From Felis catus (taxonomy: Eukaryota), in the NCBI RefSeq assembly GCF_018350175.1, contig NC_058368.1:122204001-122268000 (forward strand): 64,000 nucleotides of DNA. The letters run 5' to 3'. Positions 62,101 to 64,000 of this stretch are shown here, piece by piece. Made by a program: the position numbers and the translations under genes. The notes below the pieces were generated by a model. It worked only from the letters and a program-made list of their open reading frames with translations. It did no database searches and was not told where the DNA came from. Each line of letters begins with the position of its first letter. The first letter of the stretch is position 1.

Positions 62101-63439
62101 AGTCTCCTTTTGACCACGACTCTAGATAAAGTCATAGGAGGCTACTTGAAGGAACTTGGAATCTGAAGCCTGCACAGGGTGTGAAAACCATTGTCCTAGT
62201 ACAGAAAAGTCATGAGGAAAAAGGCCTCAGATTTATGATTTGAGAAGAAATAGATTTCAATTATTCTAAGAAACAGACTCCAGCTTAACTAACAGATCTA
62301 GAGATAGCCAGAAGTGTCCTGAAGTAGAAGGGCCAGCTTTGGCAGGGAGTGAGTTCTCCAATGCTCTCTTGTCAGGAATACTGGGCTTCAGAGACCCTGG
62401 AAAGGGCTGGGCTACTGGTTTCAGGGACCTCCCAAACTGAAATTCTGATTCTATCTAATGGGATGGATATGGGTGGCCCGAGGGCCGGTTCTGACTTTGT
62501 TTTCCTTATTCAGTGTCTTTTTTTCTTTTTTCTTTTTTCTTTTTTTAACTAGACTGTGTTGGCTTTAGGCAGGGCTCAAACACACAGTTTCATGATAGCC
62601 AATATCATGCCTTTTTTGGTTAATATGCTACTGCTGGGCTCCTGAAGGATTTTACACTTGGGGCTTCTACCCACATGCTTAGATATTCTATCATCTTGGT
62701 TGAAAAAAATGAATTAATAATTAAGGTAGAACATGGCTTTCTAGCCTTTGCTCATGAGACTGACTTTTGGTCAACTCTCCCCTGAGAGGGTCACCTTTCT
62801 GTTTATATATGAGTGCACACAGCTGAGAATATGTACCATTCTATCTAGAGGCTTTGATGGAGCAGCTATTTTGTGCTGAATAAACATGATATGAAAACAT
62901 CTTTAATGGCTTTGTCCTAACACAGCCTTTCTTTTCCTTCTAAATATCATGCTTTCCAAGTGCTGTATCTGGAAAAGCACACTACTCTATTTTTCAATGC
63001 CTTGAAGGTTTACTGCCTCTTCAAAACAAAGCATTGTGTGTTCCTGCCATTGCTCATGGAGAAGAAGAATTTTTTGTCTGGATGTCAAGAAAATGAACAG
63101 GTTTCTGCACTCTATTCAGACTTGAGGACTTTGGGGCATACAGAGTGCCATCTACACATCTAGCAAAATGCAATGATAGAGACGGCCTTCAGCAGCCCGC
63201 TCCTTAAAACGTATCCACCCATCTCGTAGCACTTCTAGTCTCACAGCAGTCAGGAGAATATTCTCATGTTGCAAGTTTGGGCTGAAATTTTCCCCAAAAT
63301 TTGTACCCTTCAGTAATTTCCAGTTTCTCTTTGGATTAAGTCTATAACTGATATCACAGAGGCATGCAGGACCTACCACTTGACAGCTTCATTTTCCACT
63401 GTTCTCTTGCTGGGTCTCTCTCTGGTCTCATCAGCCATC

Positions 63440-63810
63440 CTTCAGAACCTCACATTTACCATAACCCTCTGGTAACAGGGCCTCGCAAACATGCTCTCCT
63501 TTGCCTGGAAGATTCCCTCTCATTCTGCCTGGGCAAGTCTTACTTATCCTTCAGATCTCAGCTCAAGGGATACTTCTCCAGGGATGATGTCCACCTCTTC
63601 CTGGGCATTACACAACACTATTAGACCTTGTCTTCATATGCCCTCACCACTAGAGCATTTGTCACTGTTTATAGTAACTTGATTAATTAGTCTTGCATGT
63701 AGGCAGGAACCAAATGTACGTTCACCACCGGTGAACCCATTGTCTAGCCAATATCTGACATGGAATAGAGATGTTCTTTAGGCATTTGTTTGTAATTTTT
63801 GAATAAATAA
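63440..63810 (+). mobile_element. L2 3' fragment
   Basis: TACTTATCCTTCAGATCTCAGCTCAAG...CTTCTCCAGGGA. Confidence 0.7.
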
Positions 63811-64000
63811 TTTCTCTTGCAAAGAGGTTCACTGACTCCTCAGTTTGCTCCTAAAATTTCCAGGTAAGTGACATTCCCGTGTATCAACAATAGGATCCAG
63901 AGCAGCCTTTCATGCATATCTTTGAAATCGCCCATTTATTTGCCTCCTGTTTGCTTTTCCTGCTAACTGTGCTTTTGCAGATACTTGGGAAGATAAAGGC

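Noticed and set aside
1..64000. CRISPR array, operon, NUMT, endogenous non-retroviral element, CpG island or host-gene identity
   Set aside because: No repeat-spacer periodicity, no mitochondrial or viral ORFs recognised, CpGs are concentrated in young SINEs, and no exon allows locus identification.

Overview
Repeat-rich, non-coding (intergenic or deep-intronic) mammalian DNA, almost certainly from a felid such as the domestic cat. The evidence is about 19 carnivore tRNA-Lys-derived SINEs, several of the young feline SINEC_Fc type, plus carnivore/feline L1 3' ends. These sit on an old eutherian background of L1M, L2, MIR, MaLR/ERVL LTRs and hAT MITEs. I found no credible protein-coding gene, CpG island or intact RNA gene. 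The supplied ORFs are chance or repeat-derived, and the only recognisable protein fragments are L1 ORF1p/ORF2p. I did not find a new biological system. The most notable observations are retrotransposition by-products: a 'tailless' retrocopy of the 5' half of tRNA-Gln(CTG) at 61064-61101; an ~870-bp 3'UTR-like orphan insertion replacing part of an old L1; an L1 with a short 3' transduction; a 5'-inverted L1 forming a perfect 19-bp hairpin; a zero-spacer inverted SINE pair; and a MER5 element hit by three young insertions. Several repeat-free blocks carry strong regulatory motifs (ARE+ATF4+AP-1 cluster, CTCF, ETS/AP-1, DR3/TCF/SOX). Repeat subfamily names come from remembered consensus sequences, and boundaries of old repeats are approximate.
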